Assembly: GCA_963748815.1 (NCBI GenBank)
Contig: CAVVKJ010000009.1
Span: forward strand, 32,001 to 96,000
Length of the DNA stretch: 64,000 bases
Source: an uncultured Gemmatimonadales bacterium
GTDB lineage: Bacteria; Gemmatimonadota; Gemmatimonadetes; Gemmatimonadales; GWC2-71-9
Direction of reading: 5' to 3'
Position 1 is the stretch's first letter. Each line of letters opens with the position of its first letter. The notes beneath the pieces are model-generated. The model was not told the origin of the DNA. It saw only the letters and a program-made list of their open reading frames with translations, and did not search any database. Below, in pieces: positions 21,039 to 32,079 of this stretch. Made by a program: the position numbers and the translations under genes.

Positions 21039-21512
21039 TCAGTCGTCGACCGTGATGACGGCGCGCATCCCCATCGCAAGATGCGGCAGGCAGTAGTACT
21101 TGTATTCGCCCTCTGGCGCGCCGGCAAACGAGATGCTGTAGACCGCGTCCTGCACGACGAGCATGGTGCCCGAGAGGGGCTGGAGCTGGTCGGGCATGTT
21201 CGCGCCCAGGACGGCGGCGGCGCCGGTCGGAATGCTGTCCGCCCAGAAGGCCACGTTGTGCGGGCCACCGCTGACGTTGTGGAAGTTCACCACGTCGCCG
21301 GCCTTGATGGTCAGCGTCGCCGGAACGAAGTGATAGGTCTTGCCATCGAACTCCATCTTGACGTCGTGCGTGGCGCCGGTCGCCGCGGGTGCCGCCGCAG
21401 GAGCCGCGTCAGCCGCCGGGGTCGCCGCCGGAGCCTGCTCCGGGGCCTTGTTCTCACCGCCACACGCCGCCACCAGGACGGCCAAACCTGCCACCAAGCT
21501 GATCTTCTGCAT
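21039..21512 (-). CDS. Plastocyanin/azurin-family blue copper lipoprotein
   Basis: Lipobox LVAAC, Ala/Pro tether, type-1 copper ligands in PHNV...YYCLPHLAMGM. Confidence 0.92.
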   Translation of the reverse strand: MQKISLVAGLAVLVAACGGENKAPEQAPAATPAADAAPAAAPAATGATHDVKMEFDGKTYHFVPATLTIKAGDVVNFHNVSGGPHNVAFWADSIPTGAAAVLGANMPDQLQPLSGTMLVVQDAVYSISFAGAPEGEYKYYCLPHLAMGMRAVITVDD

Positions 21513-21705
21513 CGCTGCCAAACCTCCGAAAGAACTGATGAGTGGTCCCGCCCGCCCTGGCCGCCCGCCCCTCCTGATTCACAAGTGCGGATCACCTTGT
21601 GAACGAAGGCGCAAAGATAACAGACGACCCCCAGCCACGCGAGTGACCCCCTGTCCCGCTATCATTCGCGCCAGAACGTTCGGCGATCACTCAATCCGGA
21701 TTCCC

Positions 21706-22446
21706 ATGCCCACGCCTCCCCCCTGCAAATCCCTCGGCCGCCAGTGCCGCTCCCTCGACGTCACCCTCCGGATCGGCAAGCTCGAGGAGGGCCCGGAGTC
21801 CCTCGACCACGAGGCCACCTGGCTCCTCGGTCACACCGACCGCATGGACTTCGGCCGGCTGCACGTCCGGAAGGGGGAGCTCCTCGTCGACGCCCGGCTC
21901 CACGTCCCCTGCAAGCACCTGAAGGAAGCCGGCGGGCGGGCGCACTGCGGCGCGCACGGGTTCCGGGGCCCCTCACCCGCCCAGCCCCGCCGGCCGGCCC
22001 AGCCCCGCCAGCTCGGCGGAAACCAGTTCCGGATCGTGGACCAGCGCCGGCTCGTCGCCCGGCCGGCGGTCGACGTCAAGGCGGGCCTGCCGGTGCTCGG
22101 CACCAACCCCTGCCTCGGCGCCCCCTGCCGGACCGCCGACCACACCCGGGCCGCCGCCTGCTGCCGGGACCTGCAGATCGAGATCATGTGCACCCCCGAG
22201 GAGACCCGCCTCGAGGCGCTGGTGCGGGCGCGCCAGTCGCCCTACCTCTGCAAGACCGAACGGGATGAGCCGGACTCCATCGAGTCCGAGATGATTTCGG
22301 CCTGCGGCTACCTCGCCGAGGACGGGGTGGCCTGCAGCCTCCACGGCCGGCTCCGGGAGGACGGCCGACCCGCCAAGCCCGACCTCTGCAGCACCTGGCC
22401 GGAGGGGGGGGATTTGATGCATCCGGGGTGTGTGTTCAAGAAGTAG
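21706..22446 (+). CDS. Cys-rich protein with two YkgJ/CxxCxxCC-like domains
   Basis: PCKSLGRQCR...PCKHL......CGAHG, then PCLGAPC...ACCRDL...CGYL......CSLHG...KPDLCSTWP...PGC. Confidence 0.6.
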   Translation: MPTPPPCKSLGRQCRSLDVTLRIGKLEEGPESLDHEATWLLGHTDRMDFGRLHVRKGELLVDARLHVPCKHLKEAGGRAHCGAHGFRGPSPAQPRRPAQPRQLGGNQFRIVDQRRLVARPAVDVKAGLPVLGTNPCLGAPCRTADHTRAAACCRDLQIEIMCTPEETRLEALVRARQSPYLCKTERDEPDSIESEMISACGYLAEDGVACSLHGRLREDGRPAKPDLCSTWPEGGDLMHPGCVFKK

Positions 22447-22505
22447 GCGGGGAAGCGGGGAAGCGGGGAAGCGGGGAAGCGGGGAAGCGGGGAAGCGGGG
22501 CCGAA
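22447..22505 (+). repeat. (GCGGGGAA)6 array ending GCGGGGCCGAA
   Basis: Counted directly. Begins immediately after a stop codon. Confidence 0.97.
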
Positions 22506-22698
22506 GGTGCGAACGCCCACTGATGGCGTCAAACGTCAGCCTCACGGAATTGGTCAACCGGGGGGATTCCTGGCATCCGGGACGAAGCGGCGCGTTCGCT
22601 TGAATAGGGGTGGGCGTGAGCCCACCCCGGTCGGTCCGCCCGCGCACGGGTTCGTGAAGCACATCGGGACCCATGCCCACCCCGGTCGGTCCGCCCGC
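22501..22698. repeat. Dispersed ~200 bp palindromic element, copy 2
   Basis: Homologous to 16480-16675. Contains GGGGTGGGC-GTGA-GCCCACCCC and two copies of GCCCACCCCGGTCGGTCCGCCCGCGCACGGG. Confidence 0.85.
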
Positions 22699-22836
22699 GC
22701 ACGGGGTGGCTCCCCTGCCGGGGCGATGTGCAGATACCCCCCACCCAGACGTCCCCTACCCAGATGGCAATTGGCCGCAAAATCATCATATTTCACATAG
22801 ACTTGTAGGCGTGCTCCCCTGTCCCAAAGGCCCCGC

Positions 22837-23358
22837 GTGCGCGACGAGATCGAAACCCTCTACCTGACGACCTACGCCGCGGTGGTGCGGTTCCTGTACC
22901 GCAAGGTATGGGACGCCGACCGGGCGGAGGATCTGGCGCAGGAGGTGTTCGTCCGGGCCATGCGGCATCGGCCGGAAAAGCCGCGGGCCTGGGTCTTTGC
23001 CGTGGCGGCCAACCTGGCCCGTGACGAGGCCCGGTCCGCCATCCGGCGGCGGAAACACCTGACGCTGCTGACCAACGAGCCGACGCAGCGGCACCAGGTG
23101 GAGCCTGAAGGCGAAGAAAACGTCGAGCACGACGAGAAGATGGAAAAGGTGCGGGTGGCCCTGGCGGAGCTCTCCCAGCGCGACCGGGATGTCCTCCTCC
23201 TCTGGGATGCCGGTCTCAGCTACCCCGAAATTGCCGAACAGTCGGGCCTCGCCGTCGGCGCCGTGGGCACCACGCTCGCGCGCGCCCGGAAGCGCCTCAT
23301 CGAGGCCCACGACCGGATGGAAGTCGAACGGAAACGGAACCATGCCGCGCAATCCTGA
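22837..23358 (+). CDS. ECF RNA polymerase sigma factor
   Basis: AEDLAQEVF, WVFAVAANLARD (region 2); LSYPEIA...VGTTLARARKRL (region 4). Confidence 0.92.
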   Translation: MRDEIETLYLTTYAAVVRFLYRKVWDADRAEDLAQEVFVRAMRHRPEKPRAWVFAVAANLARDEARSAIRRRKHLTLLTNEPTQRHQVEPEGEENVEHDEKMEKVRVALAELSQRDRDVLLLWDAGLSYPEIAEQSGLAVGAVGTTLARARKRLIEAHDRMEVERKRNHAAQS

Positions 23359-24367
23359 GCCGCCGCGCCATATCCCCGAAGAGGAGCTCCACGCCTATCT
23401 CGACCAGGCGCTGAGCCGGTCGCAGTGCGTGGAAATCGAGCACCACCTGGCCGGGTGTCACCCCTGCCGGGCGGATCGCGACGCAATCGCCTCCCTGCGG
23501 GACCGGACCACGGCGCTGCTGGTGACGGCGGCACCCCGCCGCATTCGTCCCCGGCCGTATGCCGACCTCTCCGTGGCCGTTCGCCAGCAGGCGGCCCACC
23601 GCGGCCACCGGCTGCGCGACGCCGCCTGGGCCGCGACCGTGGTCGCCGCCCTCGGCCTCGGCTGGGGACTGAGTGAGTGGTCGAATCCGGGCGTTCCGGA
23701 GAGCCCTGTGGCTTCGGGCAATCCAGCCCCGGTCCAGGCGCCCCCGATTACCGCCAATCTTCCCCCCGCGACTCTCGCCACCACGCCGGCTCGGACCCCC
23801 AGCCCCACTCCAGCCCGCATTGTCGGCGCCTCCGACCGGCCGGCCTCCCGGGTCACCCCCTCGCCCCGGACCCCGACCCAGCCCGAGGTGATGCCGGTGG
23901 AATCGGTCGAACCCCCGAGGCCAGTCGGCACCTCCCTGGCCTCGCTCGACGGCACCTCGGCCACCCGGGATCCGGTACTCTCGGGCGTCTGGCGGACGGT
24001 TGCGTTCACCAACAGCCAGTCGTCGCAGGAGGAGTGGGTGCCCAGGGTGGAGGGGGTGCCAGTGGTCCAGGTAAAACAGCGGCAGGCGCCCCAGGGAGGA
24101 CGGCCGATCACGCTGGTGACGCAGCTTCTCGCCAACGGCGAGGTCATCAGCACCGTCGAGGGCCCGGCCACCGAGGTGGCGGCGCTGCTCTCCCAGCAGC
24201 CGGGCCAGAGCGCCAGCGCAGAACTGCAGGACATGGAGCTGTCCGGCCCGCCCCAGTTCTCCGAGGGAACCGCTCAGTCGGCCCCGGGAAATGCGCCGCG
24301 CACCCTGGCCATCTTCGGCAGCGCGCCGTCGGATTCGCTGAAGGCGTTCATGCTGAGGGTGAAGTAA
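23342..24367 (+). CDS. Zinc-finger (zf-HC2) transmembrane anti-sigma factor
   Basis: LHAYLD...HLAGCHPC (HxxxCxxC), TM segment WAATVVAALGLGW, Pro-rich linker. Overlaps the sigma gene. Confidence 0.85.
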   Translation: MPRNPEPPRHIPEEELHAYLDQALSRSQCVEIEHHLAGCHPCRADRDAIASLRDRTTALLVTAAPRRIRPRPYADLSVAVRQQAAHRGHRLRDAAWAATVVAALGLGWGLSEWSNPGVPESPVASGNPAPVQAPPITANLPPATLATTPARTPSPTPARIVGASDRPASRVTPSPRTPTQPEVMPVESVEPPRPVGTSLASLDGTSATRDPVLSGVWRTVAFTNSQSSQEEWVPRVEGVPVVQVKQRQAPQGGRPITLVTQLLANGEVISTVEGPATEVAALLSQQPGQSASAELQDMELSGPPQFSEGTAQSAPGNAPRTLAIFGSAPSDSLKAFMLRVK

Positions 24368-24496
24368 GCGGGGAAGCGGGGAAGCGGGGAAGCGGGGAAG
24401 CGGGGAAGCGGGGCCGAAGATGACGAACGGGGACGATGCCGCAAGGCACCGTCCCCGTATTCGTTCACCAATCGACCTTCCCCGCTTCCCCGCTTC
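24368..24496. repeat. (GCGGGGAA)5 array, GCAA-loop hairpin and short inverted array, probable bidirectional terminator
   Basis: Array 24368-24418, hairpin GGGGACGATGCC-GCAA-GGCACCGTCCCC, then CTTCCCCGCTTCCCCGCTTC, between convergent genes. Confidence 0.8.
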
Positions 24497-24508
24497 GCCG
24501 CCGCGTGG

Positions 24509-25852
24509 TCAGCTGACCTCAGGATCCGCCAGAAAATCTTCGGCGCGCTCATCGTGATCGAAGTGATCCTCGACCGCGTGGTGGCGTTCCGCCATCACGG
24601 TAATCTCCGCGAGGCGCGGCGAGACCATCGGGAAGCGCCGGGCAAAGAGCCCGTAGGCCAGGAAGAAGAGGCCGGCCAGCAGCAGCGTCGGCCCGAGTTC
24701 CGGGAGGCCGAACGTCGGGCCTTCGAGTGCCGTCACCGACGGCATCACGAGCAGGTACCGCTCGAGCCAGAGCGCCACCAGCGAGACGGTGGCGAAGAGC
24801 GCCATGGTAACGGGAAACTTCTTCGGCGAGACGCCGAGGAGGCCGATGAAGGGAATCAGGAACATCCCGAGGAAGACGGCGCGGCCGATCGGGAGCCAGG
24901 TACCCCAGAGCCGCGCGAAGACGAAGCCGGTCTCTTCGGGGAGGTTGCCGTACCAGATGACGAGGAACTGCGCGAACATCAGGTAGGCCCAGAACACCGT
25001 GAAGCCGAAACAGAGCTTGCCGAGGTCGTGGCGCTGCTTGGGCGAGATCAGGTTCCAGACGCCGGTCTGGGTGCCGGCATACATCGCCGTGAGGGCCAGC
25101 AGCATGTGGGCGCCGAGGAACGACCCCATGAAGTAGAAGCCGCCGAGCAGGTTCGAGAACCAGTGCGGCTGAAGCGCCATGATGCCGTCGAACGCCACCA
25201 GGGTGAAGACCATCGCGTAGGTGGCCGCGAAGAGCGGGCCGAGGCGAGCCAGCCGCGCCTCGTTGGCGGCGCGGCCCTCCGGGCTGTTGTCGAAGCCGGC
25301 CAGCATCCGCTCGTACCGGGCCCGGCGCGGGCCGTCGGCCTGCGCCAGCGTGTCGGCCATGTCCGGGAGGAGATCGGCCCGGATCAGCTGCCACCCGAGG
25401 TAGTAGAGGGCGGAGAGGCCGACGAAGAGCCGGCCGAACATCCACGGCTTCGAGAGCCAGAGCGCCTTGCCGTGGGCCAGCGAGTGCAGCTGCTCGTGCA
25501 TCGGCCCGTAGATGTGATCGTAGCCGAGGGTAAAGATGAGCACGAGACCGAGGAGCGAGACCGGGAAGAACGCGACCGCCGCTTCGGCGAAGCGCAGCAC
25601 GACCCCCGACCACCGCGCCTTGACGATCTTGTGCACCGCCGCGACGGCCACCGAGCCGCCGGCCAGTCCGGTGAAGTAGAGCCAGTTGACGTGGAAGAGC
25701 TGCCACGCCCGGTCGGCCTCGGCGCCGGTGAGCGACATCGCGAAGAGGGCGGCCCCGGCCAGCGCGAGGACACCGCCGCCGAGTACGAAGAGCTGGAACC
25801 GGCCGCCGAGGGCGTGGCCGGCGAGTCGGGCCTGCAGCTTGGCGTCGCTCAT
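24509..25852 (-). CDS. actF: Alternative complex III subunit ActF
   Basis: Multi-TM NrfD-like protein with PHWFSNL, HDLGKL, FWAYLMFAQFLVIWYGNLPEE. Last gene of the act operon. Confidence 0.88.
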   Translation of the reverse strand: MSDAKLQARLAGHALGGRFQLFVLGGGVLALAGAALFAMSLTGAEADRAWQLFHVNWLYFTGLAGGSVAVAAVHKIVKARWSGVVLRFAEAAVAFFPVSLLGLVLIFTLGYDHIYGPMHEQLHSLAHGKALWLSKPWMFGRLFVGLSALYYLGWQLIRADLLPDMADTLAQADGPRRARYERMLAGFDNSPEGRAANEARLARLGPLFAATYAMVFTLVAFDGIMALQPHWFSNLLGGFYFMGSFLGAHMLLALTAMYAGTQTGVWNLISPKQRHDLGKLCFGFTVFWAYLMFAQFLVIWYGNLPEETGFVFARLWGTWLPIGRAVFLGMFLIPFIGLLGVSPKKFPVTMALFATVSLVALWLERYLLVMPSVTALEGPTFGLPELGPTLLLAGLFFLAYGLFARRFPMVSPRLAEITVMAERHHAVEDHFDHDERAEDFLADPEVS

Positions 25853-26430
25853 CACTGGCCTCCCGCCGGCTGGGGCGCCGCGGCCTGCAGCTGCCGCACG
25901 TAGTTGACGACCTGCCACCGGTCGTCCTGCTCGGTGAGCTTGTCGCCGTACTTGCCCATGATGCCCCGGCCGTAGCGCGTGATGCTGTAGAGGTAGCCGT
26001 CCGAGTAGCCGATGGCGCGCGGGGTCAGGAGCGAGGGCGCCGCGACCTTCGGTCCGACCGGTCCGTCGCCCGCCCCCGCGACGCCGTGGCAGACGGCGCA
26101 GAAGGTGTGGTACAGGGTGTCGCCCCGGGCGCTGGCGGCGCCGGCGAGCGGATTGACGAGCTTGTCGGCGGTCGTGGTGTTACCGGTGGCCCATTCGGCC
26201 GACCAGTCCACCTCGCCGCCGGTGACCGGCACGGTGCCCGGGGGGGTGTTCCGCGGGATGCCGAGCCGGGAATAGGGGAAGACGGCCCGCGACGAGATCA
26301 TGTGGTCGAACCACGGCACCTGCGCCACGAGGTTGTCGGGCGAGGGCACGTCGTTGTACCAGGTGTTGCACCCCGCCGTGGCAGCGGCGAGCAGGGCCAG
26401 CGCGAAGGCCGGATGCGCGCTACGACGCAT
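25852..26430 (-). CDS. actE: Alternative complex III monoheme cytochrome c lipoprotein ActE
   Basis: Lipobox TAGC, PPGTVP, CAVCH, GDG, DRWQVVNYVRQLQ. Confidence 0.9.
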   Translation of the reverse strand: MRRSAHPAFALALLAAATAGCNTWYNDVPSPDNLVAQVPWFDHMISSRAVFPYSRLGIPRNTPPGTVPVTGGEVDWSAEWATGNTTTADKLVNPLAGAASARGDTLYHTFCAVCHGVAGAGDGPVGPKVAAPSLLTPRAIGYSDGYLYSITRYGRGIMGKYGDKLTEQDDRWQVVNYVRQLQAAAPQPAGGQ

Positions 26431-26928
26431 GCGTCACCTCCACCGAGCCGGCGCGCTTGAGCAGGGATTCGACCGCGGCGGCCTGCTCGGCGCGGCAGGG
26501 CACGAACACGCCGATCTGGTCATCGGAGAACTTCTCGCTGTAGGGAACCCGCTTCCGGGCGTTGACCACCGACATGATGATGACGCCGGCCACGGTGCTG
26601 AGGGCGCCGAGGAGGATCATCAGCTCGAACCCGAGCACGACGTACGGCGGGACCGTGGCGATCGGCTTGCCGCCGACCAGGAGCGGCCAGTTGTTCGACA
26701 TCCAGAAGGTCATCGCGAAGCCCGCCGCGCACCCCGTCAGGCCGCCGACCAGGGTGAAGAGACGGACCGGGCTCACCGGGTGATCGAGGACCTCCTCGAT
26801 CTCGTGGTTCGGCGCCGGCGTGTAGACCGTCAGGTCGGTGTGCCCCTGCGCCTTCAGCGCGCGGATGGCGTCGGTCGCGGCGTCGACGTGGACGAAGCTG
26901 GCGAGGACGCCGGGCGTCATGGTCGCCA

Positions 26929-26929
<1 letters not shown>
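26420..26929 (-). CDS. actD: Alternative complex III subunit ActD (DUF3341-like)
   Basis: YTPAP, GGLTG, WPLLVGGKP, FELMIL. Lies between actC and actE. Confidence 0.88.
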
Positions 26930-28263
<1,334 letters not shown>

Positions 28264-31200
28264 CTACGCCTCCACCCCGTTGAGGACCTTGGCCAGGTAG
28301 GTGACGGACGGCCGCACGTTGGTCTCCTCAAAGACGTGGTACCCGCGCGGGTCCGCCGCGCTCAGCGCCACCCGGCTCGCCGGGTCCATCCGGTCGCCGA
28401 AGATGATGGCGTCCGACGGACAGGCCTGGGCACAGGCGCTGGTGACGTCGCCGTCGCGGAGCCCGCGGTGCTCGAGGGCCGCCACGTTCTGCGCGCCGCG
28501 GATCCGCTGCACGCAGAAGGTGCACTTTTCCATCACGCCGCGGGCACGGACCGTCACGTCGGGGTTGAGCTGCAGGTTGAGCGGCTCCGGGAACGCCTTC
28601 TTGTTGTAGGCGAACCAGTTGAAGTACCGCACCTTGAAGGGGCAGTTGTTGCTGCAGTACCGCGTGCCGACGCACCGGTTGTACACCTGGCCGTTGAGGC
28701 CGTCCGGCGTGTGGTAGGCCGCGTACACCGGGCAGACCGGCTCGCAGGGCGCGTTGCGCGCAGTGCTGGCAGAGCATCGGCACGAACCGCGTCTCCAGCG
28801 GCTCGCCCTCCTCCCCGCCCTCGTAGTACCGCTCGATGCGCATCCAGCTCATTTCGCGGCCGCGCAGCACCTCCGACTCGCCCACCGTCGGGATGTTGTT
28901 CTCGGCGTAGCAGGCCGTGACGCACGCCGAGCAGCCGGTGCACTTGGCCAGGTCGATCGTCATCCCCCACTGCGGATGGTCGCCGACATAGTTGCCCTTG
29001 AGCGTGGCGGCGTGCTGCGCCGCCGCAAAGCCGGCGATGGCCTCCAGCTCGCGCGGGGTGTTGATCTCGTGTGCGCCGCCCCCCGCCTCCTCGTGATGCG
29101 CCTCTTCCGGGGTCAGCCCCTTCCGCGCCGCCGCGAGCGGCATCGCCTCGGCGATGCCACGCCCGAGCTGCCGGTTGTTGCCTTCCGTCTTGGCCACCTT
29201 CTGGTAGCGCCGGGTCTTCTCGAGCGACACCCGGGTGGAGACGTACGGCACGAAGGCCGCGTCGCCCGGCGCCGCCAGGAGGTCGAGCGCGTTGGCCCCG
29301 CGACCGGTGGCGTACTCGCCGAAATTGGTGTGCCCGTAGCCAAGCGGCGCCGAGAGGACGTCGCGGCGCACCCCGGGATAGAGGTAGGCCGGCGCCTCGA
29401 TGCTGCCCGACGCGGACACGAGGCGGACGATTTCCCCCTCGCGGATGTCGAGGTCGGCAGCCGTCTCGGGATGGATTTCCACCCACGACTGCCAGGTGAT
29501 CTTGGTGACGGGGTCGGGATTTTCCAGCAGCCACGGCTTGTCGGTGCCACGGCCGTCATAGAGCAGCGACGACGCCGAGGGCGCAAAGAGGAACTCCCCC
29601 TCGCCGCTGAAGGCGGGCGAGGCGCCGACCACCTGCTGGGCGCCGGCCGCCAGGCGCACCGCGGTCGGCGCCGGCGCGGCGTCGTAGAGGCCGCCCTGCG
29701 CCAGCGTGCTCACCCACCAGGACGGGAACGTCGAGCACCCCGCGGCTCCGGGCCACGCCCTGCCACGCCTCCTTCAGGTACGCGTCCCACGACGCCGCCT
29801 GGAACCCGGCCAGCGGCCCGCCGACGGCCTTGGCCACGCGGAGAAGCACCTCACCGGCGGGCAGCGTGTCGAACACCGGCTCCATGACCGGCTGCATCAG
29901 GGACTGGATGCCGGCGCGCGGGCGCAGGTCGTCCCACCGCTCGAGCCCATGGGACTGCGGGAGGAGGAGGTCGCAGAGCGCGGCGGTCTCGTCGAGCACC
30001 AGCGCGGTGGACACCTTGTACGGCACCTTGGCCATCGCCGCCGCGAACCCGGAGCTCTTCGGCAGCGCGTAGACCGGGTTCGCGTCGTGCACCACCAGCA
30101 CGGCCACCTGACCCGCCTCCATCTCCTTCTGGAGCGCGGCGAGGGCGGCGTAGCCGTCGCCCGAGTCGAGATCGGCGCCGAAGCGGACCGTCTGGCCGAC
30201 GTTGCCGGCCACGTAGTTCAGGATGTTGACCGCGGCGCAGGCCTGCGCGGCGCCGGCGTGCTGGCTGCCGATGCCGCCGGCCACCGCGAGGCTCGGCTCG
30301 GCCGACACGAATTCGCGGGCCAGCAGCGTGATCTGCTCCGCGGTGAGCCCGGTCTGCTGGGCCACCTGCTCCGGCGCGTACCCGGCGAGCATGCCGCGGA
30401 GCGCCACGGCGTCGGACGGGGCGCTGCTCCGCTCGGCCAGGATCACCTGCGCCATGGCGAGCGCGATCGTCGCCTCGGCGCCCGGCACGATGGCAAACCA
30501 CTCGTCGGCGTTCATCCCGGTCAGCGACATCCGCGGGGCGAGCGCCACGTGCCTGGACATCGTCCCGTCGTGGTAGCCGTGCGACGCGGCGAAGCCGCGC
30601 TGGTTCTCGACCGGCGCGAGCCAGGTCTCGAGGAAGTCGGCACCGAAGGAGAGAATGAACTTCGCCGCGGCGAAGTCGTGCGCCGGAAGGCCGTCCACCC
30701 CGAACACCTGCCGGTTGGCCGCCCGCATCGGCTCATGGTCAAAGGGCTGGTACCGGACGACCTTGCCGCCCAGCGCTGCGGTCCACGAGGCGAGGAGGTC
30801 GGAGAAGGTGCCGCGCCCGGCGCCGGAGATGACGGCCACCTTGCCGCCGGCGGCGCCCGCCTTCGCGGCAAACTCCGCCACCGCATCCGCCCAGGCGATG
30901 TCCGCCGTGCCGCCGTCGGCGAGCCGCTTCTTCGGCCCGCGCACACGATTCGGGTTGTACAGCGACTGCAGCCCCGCCTGGCCCCGGGCGCAGAGCTTCC
31001 CGGCGTTGACCGGGTGCGCCGGGTTGCCCTCGAGCTTGATGGCGCGGGCCTCCCGGGTCTTCACGTGCAACCCGCACCCGGCGGCGCACTCGGTGCAGGT
31101 GCTGGAGTAGAAGGTGGGGATGCCGGGCACCTGGTCCTCGGACTGCACCAGGTACGGGATCAGCTTCTGCACCCGGTCCGTGGAGCAGCCGGTCAGCGCC

Positions 31201-31277
31201 GCCGTGCCCGCCCCGGTCGCGCCGAGCACGGTCAGGAAGCGCCGTCGGTCCATCCCGGTGTCTTGCGTCTCGTCCAT
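28264..31277 (-). CDS. actB: Alternative complex III ActB (molybdopterin-oxidoreductase-like domain fused to an Fe-S domain), two +1 frameshifts near 29729 and 28757
   Basis: Tat/lipobox MDRRRFL...LTGC, IKLEGNP.HP, ENPDPVTKITW, CTGCSACVTAC, CQHC..APCEPVCP, RCVGTRYCSNNCP, GVMEKCTFC, spread over three frames. Confidence 0.9.
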
Positions 31278-31303
31278 TGCTGCGCCTCGAGGGCTGGCAG
31301 TCG

Positions 31304-31897
31304 CTAGTAGTGGCAGACGGAACAGTCTCGCGACACGTTCCGCTCCAGGTGGCAATTGATGCAGAAGCCCATGTTGTTCACGTTGTTCACCTTGAACACC
31401 TGGGGCGCCCGCGTCACGTCGCCGTGGCAGGTGGCGCAGGCGTTCGGTCCCATCGCGTTGATGTGCCGCATATGGGGGAAGTGCGCGTGGCGGGCCAGGA
31501 AATAGACCCGGTTCCACTCGACCGGCGTGTTGGTGTTGTAGGACTCGCGGACCTTGGCAATTTCCCGCTGCGCCGTCGAGTCGGTGCCGCCGATGACCAG
31601 GTGGCAGTTCATGCAGGTGCCCATGCTCGGGATCCCAGGCTCCGAGGAGACCGAGACCGAGTAGTGGCAATACTGGCAGTTGATCTTGAATTGACCCGCG
31701 TGAATGTCGTGACGGAAGAAGATCGGCTGGCGCGGACCCTTCAACGCGGCCGAATCGGCGGGCGTGAGGACCGGGGCAAGGAGCGAGTCGTTGACGGCTG
31801 GAGCGGCCTGCCTGGTCGCGCCGGCGTCTCGGGCGAGAAACGCCACAGCCAGCGTCAGGAGCAGCGTTCCGCCGAACACCGAGGCCAGCTTACGCAT
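31304..31897 (-). CDS. actA: Alternative complex III pentaheme cytochrome c ActA
   Basis: Five CxxCH motifs (CQYCH, CMNCH, CATCH, CINCH, CSVCH) and QPIFFRHDIHAG. Confidence 0.93.
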   Translation of the reverse strand: MRKLASVFGGTLLLTLAVAFLARDAGATRQAAPAVNDSLLAPVLTPADSAALKGPRQPIFFRHDIHAGQFKINCQYCHYSVSVSSEPGIPSMGTCMNCHLVIGGTDSTAQREIAKVRESYNTNTPVEWNRVYFLARHAHFPHMRHINAMGPNACATCHGDVTRAPQVFKVNNVNNMGFCINCHLERNVSRDCSVCHY

Positions 31898-31938
31898 GAG
31901 CCGTCACCATTGTCCAGGAGGGAGACCGGAAACTCTGT

Positions 31939-31956
31939 TTGTGAAACAATTCACGA
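31939..31956. promoter_or_regulatory. Rex-like (or CRP/FNR-like) operator upstream of actA
   Basis: TTGTGAA-ACAA-TTCACGA, one mismatch to the Rex consensus TTGTGAA-N4-TTCACAA. Confidence 0.6.
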
Positions 31957-32079
31957 AGTCGCAAGTGCAGCGGAGAGAATCGCCTTGCCCCGCGCAGGCC
32001 GTATTATATGCCCGCCAGAGCGAATCACAACCCTGTGCGATACAATTATATCCGAGATAATCGTTCGGGATTTATCTGC

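Noticed and set aside
10881..24418. GCGGGGAA arrays as CRISPR arrays
   Set aside because: They are contiguous 8-mers with no spacers, and no cas genes are in the window.
28264..31277. Split actB as programmed frameshifting or separate B1/B2 genes
   Set aside because: One break falls inside a CxxC..CxxxCP Fe-S motif, there are no slippery sequences or internal starts, and similar indels occur across the window.
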